DNA of 64,000 nt from Armatimonadota bacterium (GCA_037443365.1 JBBIOM010000007.1:1-64000); one strand, 5' to 3'. Shown: positions 37,748 to 47,882, numbered from the stretch's first letter. Numbers and translations are program-made. The notes: a model not told the origin generated them from the sequence alone.

Positions 37748-38830
37748 GTGCATGACGCAACCGGGACGTACCCACTGATCTTCGACGGTCACAACGACAC
37801 GGTCCTGAGCCTGCAGGACACCGGCCGATCGTTCTTCGAGCGGTCTGATGCAGGACACGTGGACCTGCCCCGCGCGATGGAGGGCGGGCTGGGCGGCGGG
37901 TTCTTCGCCATCTACATCCGTGATCCGGCCGTATCGGACAAGACCCAGGAGGACCCCTCGCGGGCCGACAGCTCGATGCGCCTGTACACGGACGAGAGCA
38001 CGTGGCCCGCTCCGATGTCGCTCGAGTACGCGCAGGCCACCGCGCTGGACATGCTGGGACGGCTGCTGGCGATCGAGCGGGCCTCCGACGGGAAGGCAAG
38101 GGTCGTGCGCAGCGCGGCCGAGCTGCAGCGGTGTCTCGCCACGGGCGTCTTCGCCATGCTGCTGCACTTCGAGGGAGCCGAGCCGCTCGATCCTGAAGGC
38201 CGCGCGCTCGAGGTGTTCTACGCCGCGGGGCTGCGCTCGGTTGGGATAACGCACAGCCGCCGCAACCGCTTCGCGCAGGGCGTGCCGTTCAAGTTCCCTC
38301 ACTCGCCCGATACCGGTCCCGGGCTCACCGACGCCGGAAGGGAACTGGTGCGGCAGCTCAACCGCCGCAGGGTTGTGATCGATCTGTCGCACATCACCGA
38401 GCAGGGCTTCTGGGATGTGGCGGGGCTGACCGATGCCCCGCTGGTCGCCACGCACTCCAACGCCTTTGCGCTGACGCCATCCCCGCGCAACCTCACGGAT
38501 CGGCAACTCGACGCGATCCGCGATAGCCGGGGGGTAGTGGGACTGAACTTCCACGTGGGCTTCCTGCGCGATGACGGCGCGCGGGACGCCAATACGCCGG
38601 TCGCGCGCATGGTCGAGCACATTGACTACATGGTCGAGCGGATGGGGATTGACTGCGTGGCCCTGGGCTCGGACCTGGACGGAGCGGTCATGCCCGCCGA
38701 GCTGAAGGACGCCGCCGGTCTGCCCGGTCTCATGCGTGCGCTCGCGGACCGCGGGTATGCGGGAGATGACCTGCGCAAGGTCGCCCATCAGAACTGGGTC
38801 AGGGTCTTGCGTGAGACCTGGGGTGATTAG
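37748..38830 (+). CDS. M19 membrane (renal-type) dipeptidase
   Basis: FDGHND, HFEGAE, GLTDAG, IDLSH, ATHSNA, RNLTDRQL, ALGSDLDG, NWVRVL. Confidence 0.92.
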   Translation: MHDATGTYPLIFDGHNDTVLSLQDTGRSFFERSDAGHVDLPRAMEGGLGGGFFAIYIRDPAVSDKTQEDPSRADSSMRLYTDESTWPAPMSLEYAQATALDMLGRLLAIERASDGKARVVRSAAELQRCLATGVFAMLLHFEGAEPLDPEGRALEVFYAAGLRSVGITHSRRNRFAQGVPFKFPHSPDTGPGLTDAGRELVRQLNRRRVVIDLSHITEQGFWDVAGLTDAPLVATHSNAFALTPSPRNLTDRQLDAIRDSRGVVGLNFHVGFLRDDGARDANTPVARMVEHIDYMVERMGIDCVALGSDLDGAVMPAELKDAAGLPGLMRALADRGYAGDDLRKVAHQNWVRVLRETWGD

Positions 38831-38848
38831 GCGCGCCGTCTCTCGCCC

Positions 38849-40003
38849 GTGATGAAGATCCTGATCGTCACGCCGGTCTTCCCGCCCGACATCGGCGGGC
38901 ATGCCACGGCCATCCCGCCCCTGGCCGGCGAGCTCTGCCGACGCGGGCACCGGGTCACCGTGATCGCGGTGGCCGACCGCGCGGACCCGGACGATGCGCG
39001 GCATGCGTTCGCGATCGTGCGCCTTCCCCGGCGTACCCCCAGGCCCCTGCGGTGGCTGCGGACGATCGGAGCGATCTGCGATCTGGGAAGACACGCCGAT
39101 GTCCTGCTGGTGTACGGTCTCGCCCTGGAAGCGGTGGTTGCCAACGCCGTGATCCGGCGGCCCTTGGTAATGAAGGTCGTGGGCGACCTTGCCTGGGAGC
39201 GTGCGGTGCTGCTGGGTTGGGTGCGCGACACGTTCGAGGCGTTCCAGCAGCGCCGGTACGGGATCAGGGTAGGGGCGCTGCGGCGTCTTCGATCCTGGTG
39301 GACGCGGCGGGCGGATCGCGTGATCGCGCACTCGAGGTGGATGGCCGGTTGGATCGAGCGCTGGGGAGTTCCGCTTTCCCGTATTGCGGTAGTACCCAAC
39401 GGCGTCGAGCCGCCCGAGGAGCGGGTGCCGGGCGTCAAGCCGCTTTCGACGCCGGTGACGCTCGCGACCGCGGCGCGTCTTACGCCCTGGAAGGGAATCG
39501 AGGATCTGATCCGCACGGTCGCCGCCATGCCCGGCGTGGGCCTGATCGTGATCGGTGACGGCCCACACCGGGGGCATCTGGAAGGCGTCGCCCGTAGTTC
39601 GGGCACATCCGGCCGCGTGCACTTCGCGGGCCTGCGCACGCGCGAGGAGACGCTTGCCATCATGGCCTCGTGTGACATCTTCGTGCTGAACTCCACCTGG
39701 GAAGGCATGCCCCATGCCGTGCTCGACGCGATGGTCCTGGGGATGCCCCTGATAGCCACGGCGGTCGGAGGCGTGCCAGAGGTCGTCCTGCACGGAGAGA
39801 GCGGTCTGCTGATACCTCCTTCAGATCCCGATGCTCTGCGCAGGGCGCTCGAGCGCCTGGTCGCGTCGCCCGCCGAGCGCGCGCACCTGGCAGGCGGCGC
39901 GCGCCGCCGCGCGGAATGCTTCACGATCTCGCGCGTGGCCGACGCTACCGAGGATCTCCTGCGCACCGCCGCGCAGCGGGCCGCCGGGACGGCCCGACCG
40001 TGA
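38849..40003 (+). CDS. GT4 glycosyltransferase
   Basis: FPPDIGG, ARLTPWKG, STWEGMPHAVLDAM, TAVGGVPE. Confidence 0.9.
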   Translation: MMKILIVTPVFPPDIGGHATAIPPLAGELCRRGHRVTVIAVADRADPDDARHAFAIVRLPRRTPRPLRWLRTIGAICDLGRHADVLLVYGLALEAVVANAVIRRPLVMKVVGDLAWERAVLLGWVRDTFEAFQQRRYGIRVGALRRLRSWWTRRADRVIAHSRWMAGWIERWGVPLSRIAVVPNGVEPPEERVPGVKPLSTPVTLATAARLTPWKGIEDLIRTVAAMPGVGLIVIGDGPHRGHLEGVARSSGTSGRVHFAGLRTREETLAIMASCDIFVLNSTWEGMPHAVLDAMVLGMPLIATAVGGVPEVVLHGESGLLIPPSDPDALRRALERLVASPAERAHLAGGARRRAECFTISRVADATEDLLRTAAQRAAGTARP

Positions 40004-41118
40004 AGATTCTCCACGTCACCAATACGGTGACGGTGGGTGGGGCGGAGACCGCGCTGCTGGCGCTGTGCCGGCAGCACCGCGAGGCCGGGCTCGATCTGAC
40101 CGTTGCGTGCCTGCGCGAGTACGCCGGCGGCCCCCGGTCGCTGCGGCATGAGTTCGAGCGTGTTGGGGTGGCGGTGCGCGACCTGGACCGCGCCCGGGGA
40201 GATCCCTTCTGCGTCTGGGACCTTGGCGCCGTGGTCCGCCAGGAGCGCCCTGACATACTTCACACGCACCTGCCCAGATCAGACATCGCGGGAGTGATCG
40301 CGCGCGGGCGGAAGCCGATTCCCAGGGTTGTGACCGTGCACGGTGCATACGGCGCGCACGGGCTCTGGCGGCTCCTGCTGCCGGCGCTGGCGGGCGTATG
40401 GCGCACTGCCGACGCCGTGTTGGCGCCTTCGAATGCCGTGCGCCTCTGGCTGGCTCGGGCATGCGGCGTGCGTTCGGAAAGGGTGCGCGTGGTTCACAAT
40501 GGCGTTGAGGTCGAGCAGTACGCTTCGGCGCGGCGCGATCTTCGGACAGAGTGGGGGATGGACGCGCGGCCGACCATCGGTGCCGTGGGCCGGATCGAGC
40601 CCGACAAGGGGCACGATCTCCTGGTCCGCGGCATGCAGTCCGTGCTGCGCGAGTTCCCCGACGCGCTGCTGCTGATCGCAGGGACAGGCGCGCCGCGGCA
40701 CTTGCGTTCGCTGGTCGGGCTAGTGCGCCGCCTGGGGTTGGCCGAGAGCGTGCGGCTCGTGGGATTCCAAGAGGACATCTGCTCCTTCCTGCACGCCGTG
40801 GATGTGTTTGCCTGCGGGTCACGCCTTGAGGGTTTCGGGCTGGCCGTCGCCGAGGCGATGGCCGCGGGGAAGCCCGTTGTCGCTGCCCGCATCCCGCCCA
40901 TGGACGAGGTCGTTCAGGACGGCGAGACCGGCCTGCTCGTGGCCCCGGAGTCACCTGAGGCGTTTGGACGAGCGATCACGGCGCTTCTGCGTGATACCTC
41001 TGCCGCGCTGCGGATGGGCCGGGCAGGACATCTGCGCGCGGCTCTGCGGTTCACCTCCGCGCGCATGGCCGCCGAGATCCTTGCCGCGTATCACGCTGTG
41101 CTGCGAGGGACCGGGTGA
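40000..41118 (+). CDS. GT4 glycosyltransferase
   Basis: GGAE, LHTH, GRIEPDKG, SRLEGFGLAVAEAMAAG; GTGA overlap with the previous gene. Confidence 0.9.
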   Translation: MKILHVTNTVTVGGAETALLALCRQHREAGLDLTVACLREYAGGPRSLRHEFERVGVAVRDLDRARGDPFCVWDLGAVVRQERPDILHTHLPRSDIAGVIARGRKPIPRVVTVHGAYGAHGLWRLLLPALAGVWRTADAVLAPSNAVRLWLARACGVRSERVRVVHNGVEVEQYASARRDLRTEWGMDARPTIGAVGRIEPDKGHDLLVRGMQSVLREFPDALLLIAGTGAPRHLRSLVGLVRRLGLAESVRLVGFQEDICSFLHAVDVFACGSRLEGFGLAVAEAMAAGKPVVAARIPPMDEVVQDGETGLLVAPESPEAFGRAITALLRDTSAALRMGRAGHLRAALRFTSARMAAEILAAYHAVLRGTG

Positions 41119-42320
41119 AGCCGGGCTGGCTGCGGCCGGTCTTGGACAGCGCGTTCCTGGCCGGGGGTCGGGCCGCGGGGATGGTAGCCGGGTTCGCCAT
41201 GGCCGCTGTGTTCGCCCACCTTTCGACCCGGGAGGTCTTCGGGCAGTACCGCTACGTTATGGTGCTCCTCGGGGTGATCGGGCTGACCGCGCTCCCCGGT
41301 GTGACCGTGGCGGTGATGCGGGCCAGCGCCCGCGGGGATGAAGGCGCGCTCGGCGCGGGCATACGCGCCCGCTTCAGAGCGTCGCCGCTTGGGGTCGGCA
41401 TCCTGCTCGTGCTGGCCGTGACGCTGGGCGTCGGGGGCCAGCCAGCCGTGGGGCGCGCGCTTGGGATCGCCGCCCTCTGCTTCCCTCTGCTGACCGCGCT
41501 GGAGCTCTACCTGCCGTTCCTTGGCGGTAGGCAGGACTTCCACAGGTACGCGCTGTTCCAGGGCGCGGTCGTGGCGCTGCCGGTCCCGGTCGTTGCGATG
41601 GCGCTGCTGACAATTGGCCGGGCGGAGGCCGCGGTGTTCGCCTGGCTTGCCAGCACAGTCCTGCTACACGCCGTCCTTCTGCGGGCGACCGCGCGCGATC
41701 TGCGTTTCGATGCGGCCGCCAGTCCCGAGGTGGTGCGCTACGGGCGCCGGCTTTCGCCGATCTACTTCGTTTCAACCGGCCAGACCTATCTCTCGGGCCT
41801 GGTCGTGGGGACCTCCTTGGGACATGTCAGTCTGGCGGTATTCTCCATCGGCATGGTGTGGTGGGAGGCCCTGCGGCAGGGGATGTCCCTGATCAACCTT
41901 CAGATGCTTCCGCGCATGGCCGCGGCCCCGCAGGATGACGCGCACCGCATCGTGCGGCGCAGCCTGGCCATCGGTTCTCCGGCGGCGGCCGCGGTTGGAG
42001 GCTTGATGGCCCTCGCCATGCCGGTGCTGGTGCCGGCGTTATTCACGGCGCAGTACCGCGAGAGCGTGCTGGTGTCTCAGATACTGGTTGCCGGAGCGGC
42101 GTTGGGCTTTCCCGGGAGTCAGGCAAACGCCTTCCTGGCGGCCCGGGGTCATGTCCGGGCGCAGTACTGGCTGGCCGCTACGGCGTTCGCCGCCGAGGTT
42201 CTGGGTCTTGTTCTGTTGACGACACGCTTCGGTGTGGCCGGCGTGGCCGCGGCCAAGTCCATCGCGCGGCTGTGGCACTCGTTGTTCGGGACGGCGCTTG
42301 TGGCAGCGATCGGGCGATGA
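41115..42320 (+). CDS. Wzx/RfbX-like oligosaccharide flippase
   Basis: about 11-12 TM segments; LSTREVFGQY, QMLPRMA, FTAQYRES, FGVAGVAAA. Confidence 0.75.
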   Translation: MKPGWLRPVLDSAFLAGGRAAGMVAGFAMAAVFAHLSTREVFGQYRYVMVLLGVIGLTALPGVTVAVMRASARGDEGALGAGIRARFRASPLGVGILLVLAVTLGVGGQPAVGRALGIAALCFPLLTALELYLPFLGGRQDFHRYALFQGAVVALPVPVVAMALLTIGRAEAAVFAWLASTVLLHAVLLRATARDLRFDAAASPEVVRYGRRLSPIYFVSTGQTYLSGLVVGTSLGHVSLAVFSIGMVWWEALRQGMSLINLQMLPRMAAAPQDDAHRIVRRSLAIGSPAAAAVGGLMALAMPVLVPALFTAQYRESVLVSQILVAGAALGFPGSQANAFLAARGHVRAQYWLAATAFAAEVLGLVLLTTRFGVAGVAAAKSIARLWHSLFGTALVAAIGR

Positions 42321-43687
42321 GGCCACTTCGCGCGGCCCTGGCGCGCGGCCTCTTTGAGGTTGGGTCGCGCCTGTTCCGCCGCGAGGCCCGGCGCGAACTG
42401 GCCGTGCTGAGGTGGGCCGAGCATGCCGATCCGCGGGAACTGCGTGCCCGACAGGAGGCCCGGCTCCGTGCGTTGATCCGATGGGCCTACGACACGGTTC
42501 CCTACTACCGGCATGCCATGGACCAGGCAGGGGTTTCGCCCGGCGACATCCGGGGCATTGACGATCTCCCGCTTCTGCCCGTACTGCGACGGCGCGATGT
42601 CCGAACCAACCTTGATTCCCTGGTGTCAGATCGCGCGCACACCAGGGATCTGTTGCCCCAGGTGACATCAGGGACGAGCGCTGGTCCGATCAGGTCATTC
42701 CTCGACAGGCGTGCCTTGCCGTTCGAGCGGGCTACCCAGTGGCATTCCCTGGAGTGGGCCGGTGTAATGCCATGGGAACCCGTTCTGATGCTCACGATGG
42801 CCGGGTTCGGTCCGCAGACCCAGATCAGCACGTGGTGGAACAAGCTGACCGGGAGCGCCTTAATGCCGCTGGAGATCCTTCATGCGCGCCGGCCGTTGCC
42901 GGTCATCGAGATGCTGGAGCGCCTGGCACCAGCGGCGATCCTGGGTATGCCCAGTCTACTGCACCTGCTGGCGCAAACGGTCCTACTCTCCGGGCGGCCG
43001 CTGCGCGCCCGGCCGCGCCGCGTCTTCTACCAAGCGGAGCACATGGGGGAGGACACGCGCGAGTTGATCGCACGGGCATTTGGAGTGCCGGTATTCTCAC
43101 GCTATGGGGCGCGGGAGCTCTCGGGGCTGATCGCCCAGACCTGCGAGTGCGGGCTGTGGCATCTGGACACCGAGGGTTTCATGGTCGAGGTTGTATCGGG
43201 GGAACCGGGCGACCCGCAGGGGATGCCGGCCCAAAGAGGGCGATTGGTCATCACCGACCTGCGCAACCATGTCATGCCTTTCATACGGTACGAGATCGGA
43301 GACGTAGGCGCGGCTGTCAGGGAGGAAGGGTGCGCGTGCGGTTGTACCCTGCCGGTCCTGGGCGCACTGGAAGGCAGGTACTGGGATTGGGTTGTAACGG
43401 CTGCAGGTCTTACGATTCCCGCGTCGGTCCTTCAGTACAAGACGACACGGCTGCACGGCGATCTGATCTGGGAGTACCAGTTCCGGCAGGACCGCACTGA
43501 GAAGCTGGAGGTCGCGGTTGTGCCGGTCGGCGACTACGGCGACGACCGCCAGGAGGAGCTGGCCCGGTGCCTGGAGGCGGTATTGGGAGGTGGGATCGCC
43601 GTGCGAGTGACGCCGGTCGGGCACATACCCCGCGAGCCGTCGGGCAAGCGTCCCGTGCTGAAGAGCACGCTCCACCAAGGCAGGTAG
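42317..43687 (+). CDS. phenylacetate-CoA ligase/CapK-like adenylate-forming enzyme, copy 1
   Basis: VPYYR, TSGTSAGP, YGAREL, RYEIGD, EGR, PSGKR. Confidence 0.85.
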   Translation: MRPLRAALARGLFEVGSRLFRREARRELAVLRWAEHADPRELRARQEARLRALIRWAYDTVPYYRHAMDQAGVSPGDIRGIDDLPLLPVLRRRDVRTNLDSLVSDRAHTRDLLPQVTSGTSAGPIRSFLDRRALPFERATQWHSLEWAGVMPWEPVLMLTMAGFGPQTQISTWWNKLTGSALMPLEILHARRPLPVIEMLERLAPAAILGMPSLLHLLAQTVLLSGRPLRARPRRVFYQAEHMGEDTRELIARAFGVPVFSRYGARELSGLIAQTCECGLWHLDTEGFMVEVVSGEPGDPQGMPAQRGRLVITDLRNHVMPFIRYEIGDVGAAVREEGCACGCTLPVLGALEGRYWDWVVTAAGLTIPASVLQYKTTRLHGDLIWEYQFRQDRTEKLEVAVVPVGDYGDDRQEELARCLEAVLGGGIAVRVTPVGHIPREPSGKRPVLKSTLHQGR

Positions 43688-43691
43688 AGGC

Positions 43692-45053
43692 ATGCTGCGC
43701 ACATCCCTCATGCACGGTCTCTTTGAGCTGGGATCGCGCCTGGTCCGCCGTCGGGCGCGGAGCGAGCTCGCCGTCCTGAGGTGGGCCGAGCGTGCGGATC
43801 CCGAAGAGCTGCGCGCGCGGCAGGAAGCCCGGCTCCGTGCCCTGATCCGCTGGGCCTACGAGACGGTTCCCTACTACCGCCAAGTCATGGACCAGGCAGG
43901 GGTGGCGCCCGGCGACATCCGGGGCGTAGATGATCTTCCTCTGTTGCCCATACTGCGCCGGCGCGACGTCAGGTCGCATGGCAAGGCCCTGGTCTCGCAT
44001 CGGGCCAGGAGCCGAGACCTGCTGACCAGGACGACATCGGGTACGAGCGGCGAGCCAATCGTCTTCTTTCGCGACAGGCGCACCGTGCCGTTCGAGCAGG
44101 CCACCAGGTGGCTTTCCGCGGAGTGGGCAGGGGTAGCGCCCACCGACCCCACACTGCGGCTGACGCTGGGCGATGTCTCGGCGCGGGCCTCTCAGGGGTC
44201 CTGGTGGAACAGGATTGCAGGTGGCACCTCCATCCCGCTGGAGGTCCTGTACTCGCGAGAGCCGGCTCCCATTATGCGGGCACTGGAGCGCTGTGCGCCG
44301 GTGGTCATCCTTGGGTATCCGAGCCTCCTGCACCTGCTGGCCCAGGCGGTCCTTCGCGCCGCCAGGCCGCTGCGCGCCCGGCCGCGCTGCGTCTTCTACC
44401 AGGCGGAGCAGATGGGGGACGATACGCGTCATCTGCTCGTCCGCGCTCTCGGCGTGCCCGTCTTCTCACGCTACGGGGCGGCGGAACTGTCAGGTCTGGT
44501 TGCTCAGACCTGTGCGAGCGGACGGTGGCATCTGAACACCGAAGGGTTCGTAGTGGAGATCGTGGATGGGGAGCCCGGCTGCGCCCAGGGAGTGCCAGCA
44601 CACAGGGGGCGTCTGGTCGTAACCGACCTGCGCAACATGGCGATGCCGTTTGTGCGCTACGAGATCGGCGATGCGGGCACGGCGGCAGTGGAGGAGAAGT
44701 GCCCGTGCGGTAGGACCCTGCCGCTGCTGGGCGAGTTGGACGGCCGGGCCTGGGAGTGGGTCCTGACGCCGGCGTGCCTCCGGATCCCGTCAATCATTCT
44801 CCAACGCATCATGCGGCTGCACGCTGATCTGCTTTGGGAATACCAGTTCCGGCAGGACCGGCCCGAGGAACTGGAAGTCGCGGTCGTACCCGTCGGCGAC
44901 TACGGTGAGGACCGCCGGGACGAGCTGGCCCGGGCCCTGCAGGCGGAATTGGGGCGCGACATAGCGGTGCGCGTGACGCAGGTCGAGCGCATACCACGCG
45001 AGCCGTCAGGCAAGCGCCCGGTGATGAAGAGCACCTTCGACCAGGAGAGGTAG
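43692..45053 (+). CDS. phenylacetate-CoA ligase/CapK-like adenylate-forming enzyme, copy 2
   Basis: VPYYR, TSGTSGEP, YGAAEL, RYEIGD, DGR, PSGKR. Confidence 0.85.
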   Translation: MLRTSLMHGLFELGSRLVRRRARSELAVLRWAERADPEELRARQEARLRALIRWAYETVPYYRQVMDQAGVAPGDIRGVDDLPLLPILRRRDVRSHGKALVSHRARSRDLLTRTTSGTSGEPIVFFRDRRTVPFEQATRWLSAEWAGVAPTDPTLRLTLGDVSARASQGSWWNRIAGGTSIPLEVLYSREPAPIMRALERCAPVVILGYPSLLHLLAQAVLRAARPLRARPRCVFYQAEQMGDDTRHLLVRALGVPVFSRYGAAELSGLVAQTCASGRWHLNTEGFVVEIVDGEPGCAQGVPAHRGRLVVTDLRNMAMPFVRYEIGDAGTAAVEEKCPCGRTLPLLGELDGRAWEWVLTPACLRIPSIILQRIMRLHADLLWEYQFRQDRPEELEVAVVPVGDYGEDRRDELARALQAELGRDIAVRVTQVERIPREPSGKRPVMKSTFDQER

Positions 45054-45057
45054 CACC

Positions 45058-46473
45058 GTGGCACACGGCAGCGCAGGCGGGATCATGCGCGCCGCGCGGT
45101 CGGCCGGGTTCCGCGCGCTGTTCCGGATGGCGGCCCCCTTTGCCCTGCGCGAGACGTGGCAGCATCTGGTGCTGCTGCGCGCGATGGAGCGCGCCGATAC
45201 CGGCGTGCTGCTGGAGAGGCAGGAGGCCCGCCTGCGCGGGCTGATCGCCTGGGCGCACTCAACGGTTCCCTACTACGAGCGGATCATGCGACAGGCGGGC
45301 GTATCCCCATCCGACATCAGCGGCATCGAGGATCTGCGCGCGCTTCCGATACTCCGGCGCTCCGACATCAGGGCCGCGGCCACTGACATGATCTCACGGT
45401 GCGCCGGTCCTGGCGACTGGTTCATCAAGTCCACGTCTGGAACCACGGGCCAGCCGCTGCGCATCTACCGTGACCGCAGGACCTTCTCGTTCGAGCAGGC
45501 CACCATCTGGCACTCGCATGAGTGGGCCGGTGCGACCCCGGTGGACAGGTGGTTGATGGTGACCGCCCCTGCCAATCAGCACGGCCGCTCGAACATCACC
45601 CGGTGGAAGCGCCTCTGCGGAGGACGCCTGGTGCCGCTCGAACCCCTGGTGGGTATGCAGTCGCAGCCGGTGCTGGCAACGCTCGACGCCACGGCGCCGG
45701 AGGTGATCCGGGGCGTCCCCAGCCTGCTCGGCCTGCTGGCACAGATCGTCCTGCGCGAGGGGTACCGGCTGCCAGAACGCCCTCGGTGCCTGCTCTATAC
45801 GGGCGAGCACATGAGTGAGGAGGTCCGCGGGCTGATCGGCGCGGCGTTTGGCGCTCCCATCTTCTCCGTGTACGGGGCCAACGAACTCGCTGGCGTGGTG
45901 GCGCAAACATGCGAGTTCGGGCGCCTGCACCTGAACACCGAGGGGTTCATCGTGGAGGTCGCAGACGGCCAGCCCGGCGACAGGCAGGGTGCGCCGGCTG
46001 CGCGCGGGCGGCTGCTCATCACCGACCTGCGCAACCGCGTCATGCCGATCATCCGGTACGAGGTGGGCGATGCTGGCGTGGTAGGCGACGGCGCGGGCTG
46101 CCCCTGCGGCAGGACGCTGCCGCTGCTGGGCGGGCTGGAGGGACGGATCGCGGACCTCATTGTCACGCCGTCGGGCCGGCGGCTCCCGGTGACGCTGCTC
46201 CGCCAGCCGGCCCGAAGGTATCAAGAGATCTTTGGAGAGTACCAGTTCAGACAGGAGCGTCCGGACGAGCTGGTGATGCTCCTGGTGCCCACGGATGGCT
46301 TCACGCGCGAGGCGGCCCAGGGGCTGGCGCGCGTTCTCGAGTCTGCCCTGTACGGTGAGGTGGTTGTGCACGTGGAGGCCGTGGAGCGCATAGCGCGCGA
46401 GCCCTCGGGCAAGCGTCCCCTGCTGAAGACCACCCTTGTCAATCTTGACGACACCCTCCAGCGTCGCGCATGA
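45058..46473 (+). CDS. phenylacetate-CoA ligase/CapK-like adenylate-forming enzyme, copy 3
   Basis: VPYYE, TSGTTGQP, TGE, YGANEL, RYEVGD, EGRIAD, PSGKR; start may be ATG 45084 region or 45058. Confidence 0.85.
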   Translation: MAHGSAGGIMRAARSAGFRALFRMAAPFALRETWQHLVLLRAMERADTGVLLERQEARLRGLIAWAHSTVPYYERIMRQAGVSPSDISGIEDLRALPILRRSDIRAAATDMISRCAGPGDWFIKSTSGTTGQPLRIYRDRRTFSFEQATIWHSHEWAGATPVDRWLMVTAPANQHGRSNITRWKRLCGGRLVPLEPLVGMQSQPVLATLDATAPEVIRGVPSLLGLLAQIVLREGYRLPERPRCLLYTGEHMSEEVRGLIGAAFGAPIFSVYGANELAGVVAQTCEFGRLHLNTEGFIVEVADGQPGDRQGAPAARGRLLITDLRNRVMPIIRYEVGDAGVVGDGAGCPCGRTLPLLGGLEGRIADLIVTPSGRRLPVTLLRQPARRYQEIFGEYQFRQERPDELVMLLVPTDGFTREAAQGLARVLESALYGEVVVHVEAVERIAREPSGKRPLLKTTLVNLDDTLQRRA

Positions 46474-47882
46474 CCACGGGCATCCCAGCGGCGCCCGACA
46501 ACGACGCGCTGATCCCGGCCCTCGAGATCGCCCGGCTGCTGCGCGACCGGTACTGCGGAAGAAGCGGGCTCCTGGCGCGCGTCGTGGACGTGCGGCGCGG
46601 GCAGGTTGTTGATCCCGGCCCGATCGTGGATGAGCTGGGCGACTACGTGCAGTACGTGCACGAGCTCGGGCGGATTGCAGGTGAGGACGCGCTGTGCGAG
46701 TGGGCGCAGGGGCAGGTCATCGGCGCGCTGCGCCTCACCCAGGCCCCGGGCGGCCTCATCCATCCTTTCGCGCCCGGGTCCGGCCCGCGTGGACGCGTCC
46801 ACAGGGTGATCTACTCCAACCTGGCCACCGTGGACACGCTGTGGGGCCTGGTGGAATCGCTTCGCACCTGGGGGAAGGGCGTGATATCCCTCGAGACCGA
46901 TCGCATGCTCACCGGCGTCAGGCGTCTTGCCTGCGGCCGCGACGGGCTTCCGGTCTACGCGGCGCTTCCCTGGGGGTTCCCTGGGATGCAACTGCCCGTC
47001 TCCAGCCCCATGCTGGCCGGCATCTGGATGGAGTGCCTCGTCAAGTTCGGCGATGCCACCGGCGATGATGCCCATCTCTCGTGGGCCACGGACATGGCGC
47101 AGGCGGTGTTGGACACGCCGGAGTTCCGCTCGCGCGGGCTTCCTCCGGCGCGCCTTCCCACCAGCGCACTGGGTGACGCGCTGGCCTCCCTGCTCGACCT
47201 CGCGTTCAGGGCGCGCGGGCGCCTTGAGTCCGCCGGCGGTGTTGTTGCCAAGGGTGATGCCTTCTTCGCCTTTGGGCTGCTCGCCCTCCACAGGGCGACC
47301 GGTTGGGAGTGGGCTCGCGACGCCGTGCTGCGCTGGAAGCGGGCCGCGCTCGATTCCATGACGGCGCAGGACGGCAGGTTCTACGACGTCCGTCCGGCGC
47401 GGGGAGCGCCAAGAGACGTCGCGCTGTTCGCGAACAACACCTGGCTGGAGGTGCTGCTGGACATCTTCCACGACCTGCGCGACGAAGAGTCCCTCGCGGC
47501 CGCATGCCGCTCCGCGCGCGCGTGGCTGCATCGGCGCACGGCCGCCGGCCTGATGCCGGACCGCGACACCGACAGCCGCGCCACGCTCGACCCGCTGGTG
47601 GATTTCGCCGTGAACCTGCTCAAGATCGCGGAGCAGACAGGGGATAGGGAGTGGGGGGAGGCCGCCGCAGGGATCTCCGAAGCCATTGAGCGGTGCTTCC
47701 GCCAGCCGTTTGGCCTGGCATGGTCCGCCGAGGCGCGAACCGGGGAGGCGGCCTCCACCGTGATTGCCGCCAAGTACCTGGGGCTCTACCTCAAGCTGCA
47801 CCTGGTGCATCACCGCGTGCGCGCGCAGGGTGCCCGCATCTTCGCGGATCCGCACCTCCGGTCCCTGGCCACCGATCGGTAG
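46470..47882 (+). CDS. hypothetical protein, probable (alpha/alpha)6-barrel (sugar epimerase/hydrolase-like)
   Basis: repeating helix-ATGD/GW-x-W/L-A units (DATGDDAHLSWA, RATGWEWARDA, EQTGDREWGEAA); ATGA coupling to copy 3. Confidence 0.6.
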   Translation: MTTGIPAAPDNDALIPALEIARLLRDRYCGRSGLLARVVDVRRGQVVDPGPIVDELGDYVQYVHELGRIAGEDALCEWAQGQVIGALRLTQAPGGLIHPFAPGSGPRGRVHRVIYSNLATVDTLWGLVESLRTWGKGVISLETDRMLTGVRRLACGRDGLPVYAALPWGFPGMQLPVSSPMLAGIWMECLVKFGDATGDDAHLSWATDMAQAVLDTPEFRSRGLPPARLPTSALGDALASLLDLAFRARGRLESAGGVVAKGDAFFAFGLLALHRATGWEWARDAVLRWKRAALDSMTAQDGRFYDVRPARGAPRDVALFANNTWLEVLLDIFHDLRDEESLAAACRSARAWLHRRTAAGLMPDRDTDSRATLDPLVDFAVNLLKIAEQTGDREWGEAAAGISEAIERCFRQPFGLAWSAEARTGEAASTVIAAKYLGLYLKLHLVHHRVRAQGARIFADPHLRSLATDR

